A stretch of 64,000 bases of DNA from an uncultured Gemmatimonadaceae bacterium (GTDB lineage Bacteria; Gemmatimonadota; Gemmatimonadetes; Gemmatimonadales; Gemmatimonadaceae), in contig CAVXGK010000002.1 in NCBI GenBank assembly GCA_963761305.1, positions 288,001 to 352,000 on the forward strand, given 5' to 3'. The position numbers and the translations under genes are program-made. The stretch's first letter is position 1, and each line of letters opens with the position of its first letter. Shown piece by piece: positions 1-10,217 of the stretch. Below the pieces are notes generated by a model, which was not told the origin of the DNA, ran no database searches, and saw only the letters and a list, made by a program, of their open reading frames with translations.

Positions 1-570
1 CAGTCCGGCCGAATCCTGCGCCGCGCGGCCGCCGCGGAACCAGTAGCTGTACGGACGCAGATCCTCATCGAGGTCGCCGCCGTGCAGATCGACGACGACG
101 TCCGCCGGCGTGACGATCTGCTCGGTCACGGCGGCGAGCGCGCGCTGCGTCTGCGTTCCGTTGGCGTCGCCGGGGTACAGGCCGTTCATGCTCTTGCGGT
201 CGATCGGATTCACGTGCGGCGTCATCATCTCGAACGAGTACACATTCAGCAGCGGCGCCACGATCACCGTGCCGGCGAGCCGTGCGGGCGCGATCTGCGC
301 GATGAGTCGCTGCATGGCGATGATCGACGTGTATTCGGTGCCGTGGCTGCCCGCCACGAACGCCACGACAGGGCCGGGTCGCGCTCCGCGAATGACCGCG
401 ACCGGCATCGAGAGCGCCGAGTCGGAGCCGGCGGCGATCGCGATCGCGCCGTACGACGTTTGCCCCGGCGCGGCGTGCGCCGAGCCCACCGCGAACGGTG
501 TCGATTGCTGGGCGCCGAGCGCGCCGGCGAAAACGACCGCCGGCGCGATGCGAGCAATGGCGCGCTTCAC
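1..570 (-). CDS. Succinylglutamate desuccinylase/aspartoacylase family (M14-like) exported metallohydrolase, truncated at window edge
   Basis: Manual minus-strand translation from GTG at 570: MKRAIARIAPAVVFAGALGAQ signal peptide, VAGSHGTEY and DVVVDLHGGD Zn motifs. Start overlaps the upstream stop by 1 nt. Confidence 0.8.
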   Translation of the reverse strand, partial: MKRAIARIAPAVVFAGALGAQQSTPFAVGSAHAAPGQTSYGAIAIAAGSDSALSMPVAVIRGARPGPVVAFVAGSHGTEYTSIIAMQRLIAQIAPARLAGTVIVAPLLNVYSFEMMTPHVNPIDRKSMNGLYPGDANGTQTQRALAAVTEQIVTPADVVVDLHGGDLDEDLRPYSYWFRGGRAAQDSAGL

Positions 571-1484
571 TATTTGACCTCGAACTCCTTCACCATGCCG
601 TGCTCCAGGTGCGGTTTGCCATCCTTCATGTCGCCGATGAAGCACAGCATCGCGTACTTGCCAGGGGTCAGGTTGGCCGTGAAGTACGACACCTGCTTCG
701 GAAGTCCGGCCGAGACGCCGCCGATCAGATCGATCGGCGGTGGACCGCTCGGACCCTGCGGCGACATCGCGACGGCCATGAACTCACCCAAGTCCTTCAT
801 CGTCTTGCCAGGCGCAAACCGAACGATCTCGACCTCGTGTGGCTGAGGGCCGCCGTTCGAAACCTTGAACGTGTGCGAGCCGGCGGTCGTCAGCGGCCCG
901 GTCGTCTCGAACTTGTAGTCACTCAGCGCGACCGTCACATCGGCGGTCGGCTCGGCAGCGGGAGTACCAGTTGCGGCGGCGACTTTGAACGCGCGGACCA
1001 TGCCCTTGTCCAAATGCGCCACGTGCCCTGGAATGTCCACGAGGCAGACGATCGCGTAGTTGCCCGGTTCGAGGTTGACCATCGCGTCGCTCTCGGTGCC
1101 CGGGTTCGGAGCATTCGGGCCGGCGACGAACGTCATCCATGCTGCCGGCGGACCCTTGCCACCGATCAGGGCGTCGAGCGCCGGAACGAGATCCTTCACC
1201 GTCTTTCCGCTGTCGAGACGGACGAACTGAACGTGATGGATGTTCGGACCGTCGTTCATCAGATGGAACGTCGTCCAGCCGGCGTTCACCGAATCGGGCG
1301 CGTCGAACGCGAAATCCTTCGTGTGAATGACGGCGACGTGTGTCGTGGGATCGTAGGATGCCTTCGACGCGGCCGCGCCTTCCTGCGCGACCTTCGGCGA
1401 ATCGGGTTTGGCGGCGTCCTTTTGACTACACGCGCAAAGTGCGATCGCGGCGGCGGCGCCGAACGATCCGATGATTCGTTGCAT
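570..1484 (-). CDS. Lipoprotein with two tandem cupredoxin (type-1 Cu) domains
   Basis: ATG at 1484 with AGGAG RBS; lipobox-like ALCAC; two repeats each with H...C-x9/10-H-x4-M (CLVDIPGHVAHLDKGM; CFIGDMKDGKPHLEHGM). Confidence 0.75.
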   Translation of the reverse strand: MQRIIGSFGAAAAIALCACSQKDAAKPDSPKVAQEGAAASKASYDPTTHVAVIHTKDFAFDAPDSVNAGWTTFHLMNDGPNIHHVQFVRLDSGKTVKDLVPALDALIGGKGPPAAWMTFVAGPNAPNPGTESDAMVNLEPGNYAIVCLVDIPGHVAHLDKGMVRAFKVAAATGTPAAEPTADVTVALSDYKFETTGPLTTAGSHTFKVSNGGPQPHEVEIVRFAPGKTMKDLGEFMAVAMSPQGPSGPPPIDLIGGVSAGLPKQVSYFTANLTPGKYAMLCFIGDMKDGKPHLEHGMVKEFEVK

Positions 1485-1619
1485 TTCTCCTCTCACATTC
1501 CAGGTGGGCGCGGCGGTGACCCAGGGCGAGTCGGGCGCCGGGGGGGTGAATGTAGCCTTCCTCGATTCGTCGTGCGACGCGCTGGACGACGGGCGCTTGG
1601 AAGCAGATAATCCTCCGCC

Positions 1620-2168
1620 ATGGCCGAAACCCGCCGCTGGTACACCGAACCCGAAACCTTCGTCGCCGTCGCGGCGCTGATCGTCAGCCTCTCCGCGCTG
1701 GGCGTCGGCGTGTACGAGGCGTCGCTCCAGCGCGACCACGATCGCGCCGAGGTATGGCCACAACTCGAGGTCGGGGTGTTCGTTGGATCGGCCGGAGCGA
1801 AGGTGCAGGCCGGCAACACGGGGCTCGGTCCCGCGGTCGTACAGTCAATCGACGTGTCAGTGGACGGGCACCCTCAATCGGATTGGCTGGCCGCGCTCAA
1901 AGTGCTGATGGGGGACTCGGCCCAGACGGACGAAAACAACACGATCTTTCACCACAGCCTCCGACCGGGCGATCGTGTGAACTTGCTGGCGCTGCCTGCC
2001 AAATCGTTGCCGACACCGTTTTGGAAGCAGATGGGGAGAGTCGTTGTGTCGATCTGCTACCGCTCCGTGTTCGACCAGCGATGGCTAGTCGTGGACACGC
2101 TCGGCCATGCGGACCAGTGGACGGTTGCCAAGGCGTGTCCGCGGCAGAGCGCGAGCGCCGATTTCTAG
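1620..2168 (+). CDS. Hypothetical protein with N-terminal transmembrane helix
   Basis: 182 aa ORF with hydrophobic FVAVAALIVSLSALGVGVY; fills the gap between flanking genes. Confidence 0.65.
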   Translation: MAETRRWYTEPETFVAVAALIVSLSALGVGVYEASLQRDHDRAEVWPQLEVGVFVGSAGAKVQAGNTGLGPAVVQSIDVSVDGHPQSDWLAALKVLMGDSAQTDENNTIFHHSLRPGDRVNLLALPAKSLPTPFWKQMGRVVVSICYRSVFDQRWLVVDTLGHADQWTVAKACPRQSASADF

Positions 2169-2270
2169 GCGCCACAACAAGGGCGGCCGCTTGCCGCGCC
2201 GGTGGTCACCGCCCAGAATCAGACGTCGCCATCGGCGGCGACACCATCTTCAACACTCGCAGAGGCACGT

Positions 2271-5200
2271 ATGCGTCGTCCCATCGGACTCGCGGCGTCG
2301 ACCGCGCTCAATGGATTGCTGGCCCTGGCGCTCGTCGCGCTGCCCGCCACAGCACAACGCGGACGTGGCGGCGGCGACTCGACCACCGGCCGCGGGCTGC
2401 CTTTCACTCCGACGCACGCCCTCAAGTTCACCACGGACGAGGGAACATGGCTTTCGCTCGACCTCTCGCCCGACGGAAACTCGATCGTCTTCGAGTTGCT
2501 GGGCGATCTGTACACGCTGCCCGTGAGTGGTGGCAAGGCAACGCGGATCACGAGCGGCCAGGCGTACGATGCGATGCCGCACTACTCACCCGACGGCAAG
2601 GAAGTCGTTTTCGTCAGCGACCGGTCGGGATCGGACAACGTCTGGCTGGCCAATGCCGATGGTACCAATCCCCGCCAGATCACGCGCGACAACAACAACA
2701 CGCATTTCCAGTCGCCCACGTTCACGCCCGACGGCAAGTACATCATCGTTTCGCAGGGGAACGACTTGCAGATGTACTTCGCGCACGGCGGCACCGGCGG
2801 CTTTCGCCTCACAGGTGACACGACGGCTGGTCGCGGCGGCGCAGCGGCCGGTGGCGGGCGTGGGGGCGCAGCGCCGAACGTGTTCCTCGGCCCGACGGTG
2901 ACCAAAGACGGCCGCTACGTCTACACCGCCATGCGAAACAGCACCGGCGGCGGCTACAACCAGACGGCGCTCGGCTGGCAGATCGGCGTACTCGATCGCG
3001 AGACCGGCCGCATCTTCACGAAAACGAACGAAGTCGGCAGCGGGATGCGTCCGGAGCTGAGCCCCGACGGCCGCTGGCTTGCCTTCGCGACCCGCAACGG
3101 CGCCGACGAATCGCTCGTGCTCAAGGAGCTGGCCAGCGGCGACCAGCGCATTCTGCTTCCGAAGGTGCAGCGCGACGACCAAGAGTCGCGCGCGAACCGC
3201 GACGTCTTCCCGACGTACGCGTTCACGCCGGATTCGAAGTCGATCATCATCGGGCACCACGGACATTTTTGGCGCGCTGACGTGGCGACCGGGAAGGAAA
3301 CGATGATCCCGTTCACGGCCGACGTCGACCAGATGATCGCCGGGCCCCAGCATTTTCAGTACGCGTACAACGACACGAGCATGGTCGTGCGCCAGGTCCG
3401 CGATGTGAAGCCGTCGCCTGACGGCAAGCGCCTCGCCTTCGTCGCGCTCGATCGCGTGTGGACGATGGACCTGCCGAACGGCACGCCGAAGCGTCTCACC
3501 GAAAACGATGGGATCGGGCAATTCCAGCCCGCCTGGTCGCCCGATGGACAGTACATCGCCTACGTCACGTGGAACGACGTCGACGGCGGCACGGTGTCGC
3601 GCACACGCGCGGACGGCAGTGGTCGGCCGGAAAAGCTGACGAGCAAGCCGGCGTACTACGAGAAGCCCGCATACTCGAACGACGGCCAGCGGATCGTCGT
3701 CGGTCGCGGCCCGCGCAACATGCACAAGGATCTGCGTGAGGATGAGCGCCCGCCGGCGGCGGCGATCGGCGTCGAGCTCGTATGGCTCCCGGGCACCGGT
3801 GGCAACGAAACGGTGATCGCGCCGATCTCGAACTTCGGCCGTCCGCATTTCGTGACGTCGGATCCCGATCACGTGTATTTCGCCGAGGGGACGCAGCTCG
3901 TTTCGATGCGATGGGACGGCACCGATCAGAAGACGATTCTGCGCTCGGCCGGCGGCGGTGGGCGCGGCGGTGGTGGCGGTGGCGGTGGTGCCGGCGAGAT
4001 GATGATGTCGCCCGACGGCAGCAAGGTTCTCGTGCAGGTCGAGGACCAGGGCGGCCCGCGCGTGTACCTCATCGAAGACGTGCCGAGAGCGCCCAACGGC
4101 GCGGCGATCAACTCGACCAACCCGGCGCAGTCCGAAGTGCCCGTGCGCAAGGTGACGGGAATCGGCGGCGAGTTCGCGACGTGGGCCGCCGACGGCCGTC
4201 ACATCTACTACGCGCTCGGCCACTCGCTGTTCACATACGATCTCAATGCTGCCGACGCAGCGGTTCGCGATTCGACGGCGCAAGCGGCGGCACGCCTCGC
4301 GCAGGCGGACAGCGCGGCCGGTGGCGCGCCGGGCGGCGGACGTGGCGGGCGTGGCGGAGCGCCGGCCCGGCCGATCTACGAGGCGACGCGCTTCGACGTG
4401 GCGATCACCGTGAAGAAGGACCGCCCGTCGGGCACCGTCGTGCTGCGCGGCGCGCGCATTCTGACGATGAAGGGGAGTGAAGTCATCCCGAAGGGCGACA
4501 TCGTGGTGAAGGACAACCGCATCGTCGCCATCGGACCGCAAGGAAAGGTGCAGATCCCGTCGGGCGCGAAGGAGTACGACGTCTCAGGCAAGACGATTCT
4601 GCCGGGCTACGTCGACGTGCACGCGCACATCTGGCCGGCGTTCAACATCCACCGATCGCAGCCGTGGGAGTATCTCGTCAACCTCGCTTACGGCGTGACG
4701 ACGACGCGCGACCCGCAGACGTCGACCACGGACGTGCTGTCCTACAGCGACATGGTGGAGGCCGGCGAGTTCATCGGGCCGCGCATCTACGCCACCGGTC
4801 CCGGCGTCTTCCAGCAAACGAACATCCGGACGATCGAGGAGGCGCGCGACGTCCTCAAGAAATACTCGGAGTTCTACAATACCGAAACCATCAAGCAGTA
4901 CATGTCGGGCGACCGGCGCACGCGCCAGCTCATCATCATGGCGGCGCGGGAGCAGGGACTCACGCCGACGCTCGAGGGCGGCCTCGATTTCAAGAAGAAC
5001 ATGACCGAGGCGATGGACGGCTACATGGGGAGCGAGCACACGCTGCCGATCGCTCCGCTCTACAAGGACGTCCTGACACTGCTCAAGGAGTCCGGCACGA
5101 CGTGGACGCCGACGCTCATCGTGCAGTACGGCGGTCCGTGGGCCGAGAACTACTGGTACGAGCACAGCGACGTCGCGAGCGATCAGAAGCTGCGGCGCTT

Positions 5201-5684
5201 CACCCCGCGCGACGAGGTCGAGCGCAAGGTCGAGCGCCGGCCCGGATGGTGGGCGCCGTCGCAGTGGTCCTTCCAACTCTTCGCCGAGCAGGCCGCGAAG
5301 CTGATCGCTGCCGGCGGCCGCGTCGGGTTCGGCAGCCACGGCCAGCTTCAAGGCCTCGGCGCCCAGTGGGAAATCTGGAACATCGCGTCCGGCGGGATGC
5401 CGCGATACGACGTCCTCCGCGTCGCGACGATCATCGGCGCGGAGGCGATTGGTCACGAGAAGGACGTAGGCTCCCTCGAGGCGGGGAAGCTCGCCGACTT
5501 GCAGGTGCTCGACAAAAACCCGCTCGACGACATCAAGAACACGAACACGATCAAGTACGTGATGAAGAACGGCCGCATGTACGACGCGAACACGATGGCC
5601 GAGGTGTGGCCGCGGCAAAAGCAGCTCGCGCACCTGTGGTGGTGGCCGAACGGCGCGCCCGGCAACGAGCAGGACAAGCACTAA
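2271..5684 (+). CDS. Exported amidohydrolase with N-terminal TolB/PD40 beta-propeller repeats
   Basis: ATG 2271 with GAGG RBS; signal peptide; repeated SPDG motifs; C-terminal PGYVDVHAH and GSLEAGKLADL motifs. Confidence 0.9.
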   Translation: MRRPIGLAASTALNGLLALALVALPATAQRGRGGGDSTTGRGLPFTPTHALKFTTDEGTWLSLDLSPDGNSIVFELLGDLYTLPVSGGKATRITSGQAYDAMPHYSPDGKEVVFVSDRSGSDNVWLANADGTNPRQITRDNNNTHFQSPTFTPDGKYIIVSQGNDLQMYFAHGGTGGFRLTGDTTAGRGGAAAGGGRGGAAPNVFLGPTVTKDGRYVYTAMRNSTGGGYNQTALGWQIGVLDRETGRIFTKTNEVGSGMRPELSPDGRWLAFATRNGADESLVLKELASGDQRILLPKVQRDDQESRANRDVFPTYAFTPDSKSIIIGHHGHFWRADVATGKETMIPFTADVDQMIAGPQHFQYAYNDTSMVVRQVRDVKPSPDGKRLAFVALDRVWTMDLPNGTPKRLTENDGIGQFQPAWSPDGQYIAYVTWNDVDGGTVSRTRADGSGRPEKLTSKPAYYEKPAYSNDGQRIVVGRGPRNMHKDLREDERPPAAAIGVELVWLPGTGGNETVIAPISNFGRPHFVTSDPDHVYFAEGTQLVSMRWDGTDQKTILRSAGGGGRGGGGGGGGAGEMMMSPDGSKVLVQVEDQGGPRVYLIEDVPRAPNGAAINSTNPAQSEVPVRKVTGIGGEFATWAADGRHIYYALGHSLFTYDLNAADAAVRDSTAQAAARLAQADSAAGGAPGGGRGGRGGAPARPIYEATRFDVAITVKKDRPSGTVVLRGARILTMKGSEVIPKGDIVVKDNRIVAIGPQGKVQIPSGAKEYDVSGKTILPGYVDVHAHIWPAFNIHRSQPWEYLVNLAYGVTTTRDPQTSTTDVLSYSDMVEAGEFIGPRIYATGPGVFQQTNIRTIEEARDVLKKYSEFYNTETIKQYMSGDRRTRQLIIMAAREQGLTPTLEGGLDFKKNMTEAMDGYMGSEHTLPIAPLYKDVLTLLKESGTTWTPTLIVQYGGPWAENYWYEHSDVASDQKLRRFTPRDEVERKVERRPGWWAPSQWSFQLFAEQAAKLIAAGGRVGFGSHGQLQGLGAQWEIWNIASGGMPRYDVLRVATIIGAEAIGHEKDVGSLEAGKLADLQVLDKNPLDDIKNTNTIKYVMKNGRMYDANTMAEVWPRQKQLAHLWWWPNGAPGNEQDKH

Positions 5685-6373
5685 GGTTCGGGCAGCAGGT
5701 CGCAGTAGGCGAACCGATCATCGCGCAACACGACGTCGCCGATCGCATATGCGATCGGCGCGTCGAAGATCGGGCCGTTCGACACGAACGTGTGGAACTC
5801 GCCGCGCTCACCGCACGGATCCACGCTCGCCGGCAGATCAACGAGCAGCGCACGATCGAACGCGCGGCCGGCGAACGACGCATCGAGCTGCGTCGTGTCG
5901 ACGCACACCAGCCGCGCCTCGAAGCCGCGGTCGACGAACGATTCGGCGAGGGCGCGGGTCGGCATTCCCCAGAGTGGAAACGAACCGGCGAAACCGAGCG
6001 GGCCGAGTCTCGCTTCGCGGTAGCGGCGAACGTCCTCGAGAAACAGGTCGCCGTAGGTGATCGTTGAGAGCTCGGGATGGAGCCGACGGAGCGCGGCGAG
6101 CGAGCCCGCCATCGCGGCATCGTATTGTTCGTTGGAGCTCTTCGCCTCGAGAACGATCTCGTGCAGCGGAATGCCGATGGACTTCGCCTGGGCGTGGAGG
6201 AGCGAACGTCGCACGCCGTGGATGCTGATGCGATCGTACCCGCGCGTCACCGACGTGAGCAACCCGACGACGTCGACCGACGGATCGGCGCGGAGAGCCG
6301 CCAGCGTCAGCGCGCTGTCCTTGCCGCCGCTCCAACTGAGCGCGACGGAGATTGGTGAGGCGGGGGCGGTCAC
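5681..6373 (-). CDS. PP-loop ATPase, diphthamide synthase (Dph6)-related
   Basis: SWSGGKDS PP-loop, YGDLFLED, DPCGERGEFHTFV. Start uncertain (6373 or 6412). Confidence 0.85.
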   Translation of the reverse strand: MTAPASPISVALSWSGGKDSALTLAALRADPSVDVVGLLTSVTRGYDRISIHGVRRSLLHAQAKSIGIPLHEIVLEAKSSNEQYDAAMAGSLAALRRLHPELSTITYGDLFLEDVRRYREARLGPLGFAGSFPLWGMPTRALAESFVDRGFEARLVCVDTTQLDASFAGRAFDRALLVDLPASVDPCGERGEFHTFVSNGPIFDAPIAYAIGDVVLRDDRFAYCDLLPEP

Positions 6374-6453
6374 GGCGCAAAATTTACGCGGTGGGCGTCC
6401 GACGTTGGTCACCGCGGCGTGCCCGGCCTATAGATTGGCTGCGTCGTCATCGG

Positions 6454-8559
6454 ATGATCATCGTGCGGCATCGGTCGAGGGTTGCAGTCGTGGTTGCGTC
6501 ATTGGCCGTCGGACGCGTCGCCGCGGCGCAGGATTCGCTGCCGCGCAAGCTGCCGCCCGTCGTCACCGTAACGCGCGACGTCGGTCGCTCGCCGCTGGAC
6601 CTGCCGTACGGCATCGCGAGCCTGCGGCCCGACTCGCTGGCGCCCGGGCAAATGCACATGAACGTCGATCAGACGTTGTCGTTGCTCCCCGGCGTCACCG
6701 TCGCCAACCGCACGAACCCCTCGCAAGACACGCGCATCTCGATCCGCGGCTTCGGCGCGCGGTCGCAGTTCGGCGCGCGGAGCATTCGCATCCTCCGCGA
6801 CGGCATGCCGCTCACGCTGCCCGACGGCCAGACGCCCATCGACTATCTCGACCTCGAGGCCGTGGATCGCGTCGAGGTGATTCGCGGCGCGGCCGCGGCG
6901 CTCTACGGCAACGCCGCGGGCGGCGTCATCGACCTGCGATCCGGTCCGCCGCCCGACACGCCGTTCGCCGCCCAACTGCGCTCGTGGAACGGCGGCTCGG
7001 GCCTGCGGCGCTACTCGGGTCTCTTCGGCGGCGAGAGCGGCCCGTTCGCCTACGAGGGCAACATCGGCCACACACAGACCGACGGCTACCGCGACTTCTC
7101 GCAGCAAAAGCTCACCAACGCCTTCATCCACAGCACCGCGCAATTAGGAAACACGCAACTCGGCTTCACGGGCATGGGCATTGACGAGCCCGTGGCGCTG
7201 AATCCCGGCCAGTTGACGCGCGCGCAAGCCGACAGTGGTCCGGCGCAGGCCGACGCGCAGTCGGTTCTCAAGAAGGCTCGTAAGACCGTGCATCAGGTGC
7301 AGCTCGGCGTGTCGGCGACCCGTCCCATCGGCTCGGACGGTGAACTGACCGGCCAGGTCTACGGCGGCACGCGCGCCCTCTACAATCCGCAGACGTTCGC
7401 CGTCGTGCGGGTCGATCGGCACCAACAGGGAGCGGGCGCGCGGCTCACGCTCCCGTGGCAGGTCGACGGCGTCGAGAATCGCTTCAGCGTCGGCGCGGAC
7501 GCGCAGTGGCTCAGCGACCTCAGAAAGAATTGGGCGAACTGCAACGGCGTGACGGCCATCAGCACGACCTGCCCGGTGCTGCCGATCGAGAAAGGCGCCC
7601 TCTCGCTCGATCAGCGCGAGCGCGTCTCGAGCCTCGGACCGTACGTGCGCGACGAACTCGAGCTGGGTCAGTTCCGCGGCAGCGTCGGCGTGCGCGCCGA
7701 TCAAGTCACCTTCGACCTCGCCGATCACTACCTCGGCGATGGGCACGACGATTCGGGCGAGCGCACCATGGGTGCGGTCAGCCCGATGCTCGGCGCCGCG
7801 TGGCGCGTGTCGCCGCTGCACTCGCTCTATGCGAGCGTCGGCTCGGCGTTCGAGACGCCGACGACGACGGAGCTCGGCAATCATGCCGACGGGTCGGCCG
7901 GGCTCAATCCCGATCTCAAGCCGCAGTTCTCGACGACCTACGAAGTCGGCGCGAAAGGGCTCGGGTTGAGCCGAGTGCAGTACGACTTCTCGCTCTTCAA
8001 CACCGAAGTGCGCGACGAGCTGATCCCGTTTCAGATTCCCAACGGCAACGGACGCACGTACTACGAAAACGCGGGCCGCACGCGCCGTCAGGGGGCGGAG
8101 GTCGCGCTCGGCGCGGACGTCGGCCCCGTGACGCTGACCACGTCGTACGCCTACTCGCACTTCCGTTTTCGTGATTTCGTGAGCGGCGGCGTGCAGCTCG
8201 CCGGAAAGGCGATTCCGGGAATTCCTGAAGAGCAGTGGCAAGCGGCCGCGACGTGGCACCTTCCGCGCGCGTTCGTCGTGGCCGACGTGGAGTCGAAGAG
8301 CCAGGTGTTCGTGAACGACGCGAATCAGGCCGCCGCGCCGTCGTTCGCCGTCGTCGACGCGCGGATCGTCGGCCTCGCGGCGTTCGGCAAGCCGTGGCTC
8401 TCGCCCGTCGTCGGCGTGCAGAATCTGTTCGACAAGCAGTACATCGGATCCGTCGCCATCAACGCGACCGGTGCGACCCTCGCCGCGACGAAATTCTACG
8501 AGCCGTCGCCGCGTCGCACGTGGATGATCGGCCTCAGCGCGGCGACGAATCCCTGGTGA
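6454..8559 (+). CDS. TonB-dependent receptor (YncD/PqqU-like plug)
   Basis: ISIRGFGARSQFGARSIRILRDGMPLTLPDGQ; RVEVIRGAAAALYGNAAGGVI; C-terminal QNLFDKQY...PRRTW. Confidence 0.88.
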   Translation: MIIVRHRSRVAVVVASLAVGRVAAAQDSLPRKLPPVVTVTRDVGRSPLDLPYGIASLRPDSLAPGQMHMNVDQTLSLLPGVTVANRTNPSQDTRISIRGFGARSQFGARSIRILRDGMPLTLPDGQTPIDYLDLEAVDRVEVIRGAAAALYGNAAGGVIDLRSGPPPDTPFAAQLRSWNGGSGLRRYSGLFGGESGPFAYEGNIGHTQTDGYRDFSQQKLTNAFIHSTAQLGNTQLGFTGMGIDEPVALNPGQLTRAQADSGPAQADAQSVLKKARKTVHQVQLGVSATRPIGSDGELTGQVYGGTRALYNPQTFAVVRVDRHQQGAGARLTLPWQVDGVENRFSVGADAQWLSDLRKNWANCNGVTAISTTCPVLPIEKGALSLDQRERVSSLGPYVRDELELGQFRGSVGVRADQVTFDLADHYLGDGHDDSGERTMGAVSPMLGAAWRVSPLHSLYASVGSAFETPTTTELGNHADGSAGLNPDLKPQFSTTYEVGAKGLGLSRVQYDFSLFNTEVRDELIPFQIPNGNGRTYYENAGRTRRQGAEVALGADVGPVTLTTSYAYSHFRFRDFVSGGVQLAGKAIPGIPEEQWQAAATWHLPRAFVVADVESKSQVFVNDANQAAAPSFAVVDARIVGLAAFGKPWLSPVVGVQNLFDKQYIGSVAINATGATLAATKFYEPSPRRTWMIGLSAATNPW

Positions 8560-10144
8560 CGGTGGCCGGCGGGATGTACCACAACCGCATCGACGGTCCG
8601 ATGCGCGCCACCGCCGGATAGTCGAGAAGCCAATCATAGGCGTGGCCGACCCATTCGCCGGCGAGATACGTCTCGCTCGCCGCGATCCATCCACTCGCGC
8701 GCTCGTGCAATCCGAGGATCCGCGCGTTCGGAACGCCCGCGGCGGAGACGTCGGCCGTGCCGAAGTACGCCACGAGCACCGAATCGCGAACGTGTCGCGC
8801 GGCGAGCGTGTCGCGCAGACGATAGAGATCCTGCCCCCAATCCAGATTGCTGTCGACGAGCACGTGCTCGGGATGATCGCCGGCCAGCGCGTTGAAGTAG
8901 GACAGATGGTCGGGATGCGCGCGCACCACGATCGCCAACGACCAGGCGAGCAACGCGGCGACCGTGGCCCGCGGCGCGAGGGTGGTGGCGTCGGACCACA
9001 ATCGCATCGCGCCCTGCGCCGCGACGATCGCCAGTAGAGGGTACATCGGCAGAATCAGGCGCACGCCGAGGTCGACGCGGACCTTCATGCTGACGGCGAG
9101 GATGGTGAGCGCGGCGACGACCGGAACGGCGGTGCGCCAGTCGCGCCGCGAGGCGACGTCCTTGAGCGCGACGGCCGCACCGGCGATCGACAGCAGCAGG
9201 AGCGGGATCGGCGTCTTCACGACGAGGGCGACGGGGAAGTAGTACCACCACCCGTGACTCGCCGGTGTGCCGAGCAGGTAGCTCGGATGTCCGGAGCTGC
9301 CGTGCAACAGGAAGTCGTTCACGCCGGCCAGGAACGCCGGAGCCGGCACGCTCACGCCACCCGGATGCATCGGCCCGATCGCAAATCGATAGATCGCCCA
9401 GATGATGACGAGGCAGAGCGCGCCGCTCGCGGCTATCTGAACCGTCAGCGGCGGCTGGCCCGACGCGCGTTGGATCGACGCGCGCCGAGTGACCCATGTG
9501 TGCAGCACGTAGCACGCGGTGAGCGACGCGCCGATGAAGGCCAGCGCCGACAACCGGCTGCCGACCGCGAGTCCCGCGCCGGCGCCGAACGCCAGCGCGC
9601 GACCGAGGGAGGGAGCGTCGACCCAGCGCGCCGCGAGAAAGAGCGCGAGCGTCATCGTGGCGGCGCAGGCGATGTCGGTCGTCGCGAGCCCGGCGTGGGC
9701 GAGGATGTTGGGATTCGCGACCAACAACAGCGTCGCCACCGCGGCGCCCGTGTCGCCGACGAGACTTCGTGCCCACAGCCACACCACGAGCGCCAGCAGG
9801 ACGAAGAACACCAATTCGCCGTGGCGCGCGCTCGCCAGCATGTCGGCGTAGCGCGACCCTGACCCGAGGATCTGCGCGCCCTCGTCGTAGATGGCGGCGT
9901 TGCCCGTAGACCGCAGGCCGTGCGCGAACGGTCCGAGGGCAGCGGCGATTCGTCCGAGCGGCGGGTGTTGCAGGTCGTACGTGTAGTCGCCGGTGCTCAA
10001 CCACTGCATGCCGGCGGCCAGATGCGCGGGTTCGTCCACCGTGCCGCTGAACACACGCGCCGTCGACGCGACGGCGATCGTCGCGGCGACGAGCATGGCC
10101 AGCGACGCGGCAGCCCACGCGCGCGGAGGTGCGACTGTGCTCAT
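8534..10144 (-). CDS. GT-C fold glycosyltransferase (ArnT/PMT_2-like)
   Basis: TVDEPAH acidic pair after the first TM, HPPL, many TM helices, DSNLDWGQD. Confidence 0.8.
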   Translation of the reverse strand: MSTVAPPRAWAAASLAMLVAATIAVASTARVFSGTVDEPAHLAAGMQWLSTGDYTYDLQHPPLGRIAAALGPFAHGLRSTGNAAIYDEGAQILGSGSRYADMLASARHGELVFFVLLALVVWLWARSLVGDTGAAVATLLLVANPNILAHAGLATTDIACAATMTLALFLAARWVDAPSLGRALAFGAGAGLAVGSRLSALAFIGASLTACYVLHTWVTRRASIQRASGQPPLTVQIAASGALCLVIIWAIYRFAIGPMHPGGVSVPAPAFLAGVNDFLLHGSSGHPSYLLGTPASHGWWYYFPVALVVKTPIPLLLLSIAGAAVALKDVASRRDWRTAVPVVAALTILAVSMKVRVDLGVRLILPMYPLLAIVAAQGAMRLWSDATTLAPRATVAALLAWSLAIVVRAHPDHLSYFNALAGDHPEHVLVDSNLDWGQDLYRLRDTLAARHVRDSVLVAYFGTADVSAAGVPNARILGLHERASGWIAASETYLAGEWVGHAYDWLLDYPAVARIGPSMRLWYIPPATVTRDSSPR

Positions 10145-10217
10145 TCTGCTTGAGAGGACGATTTACTGGCCGTACGTTTCACCGCCCGGGTCCCTTCCGC
10201 CCACCCTTCGCTGACGC

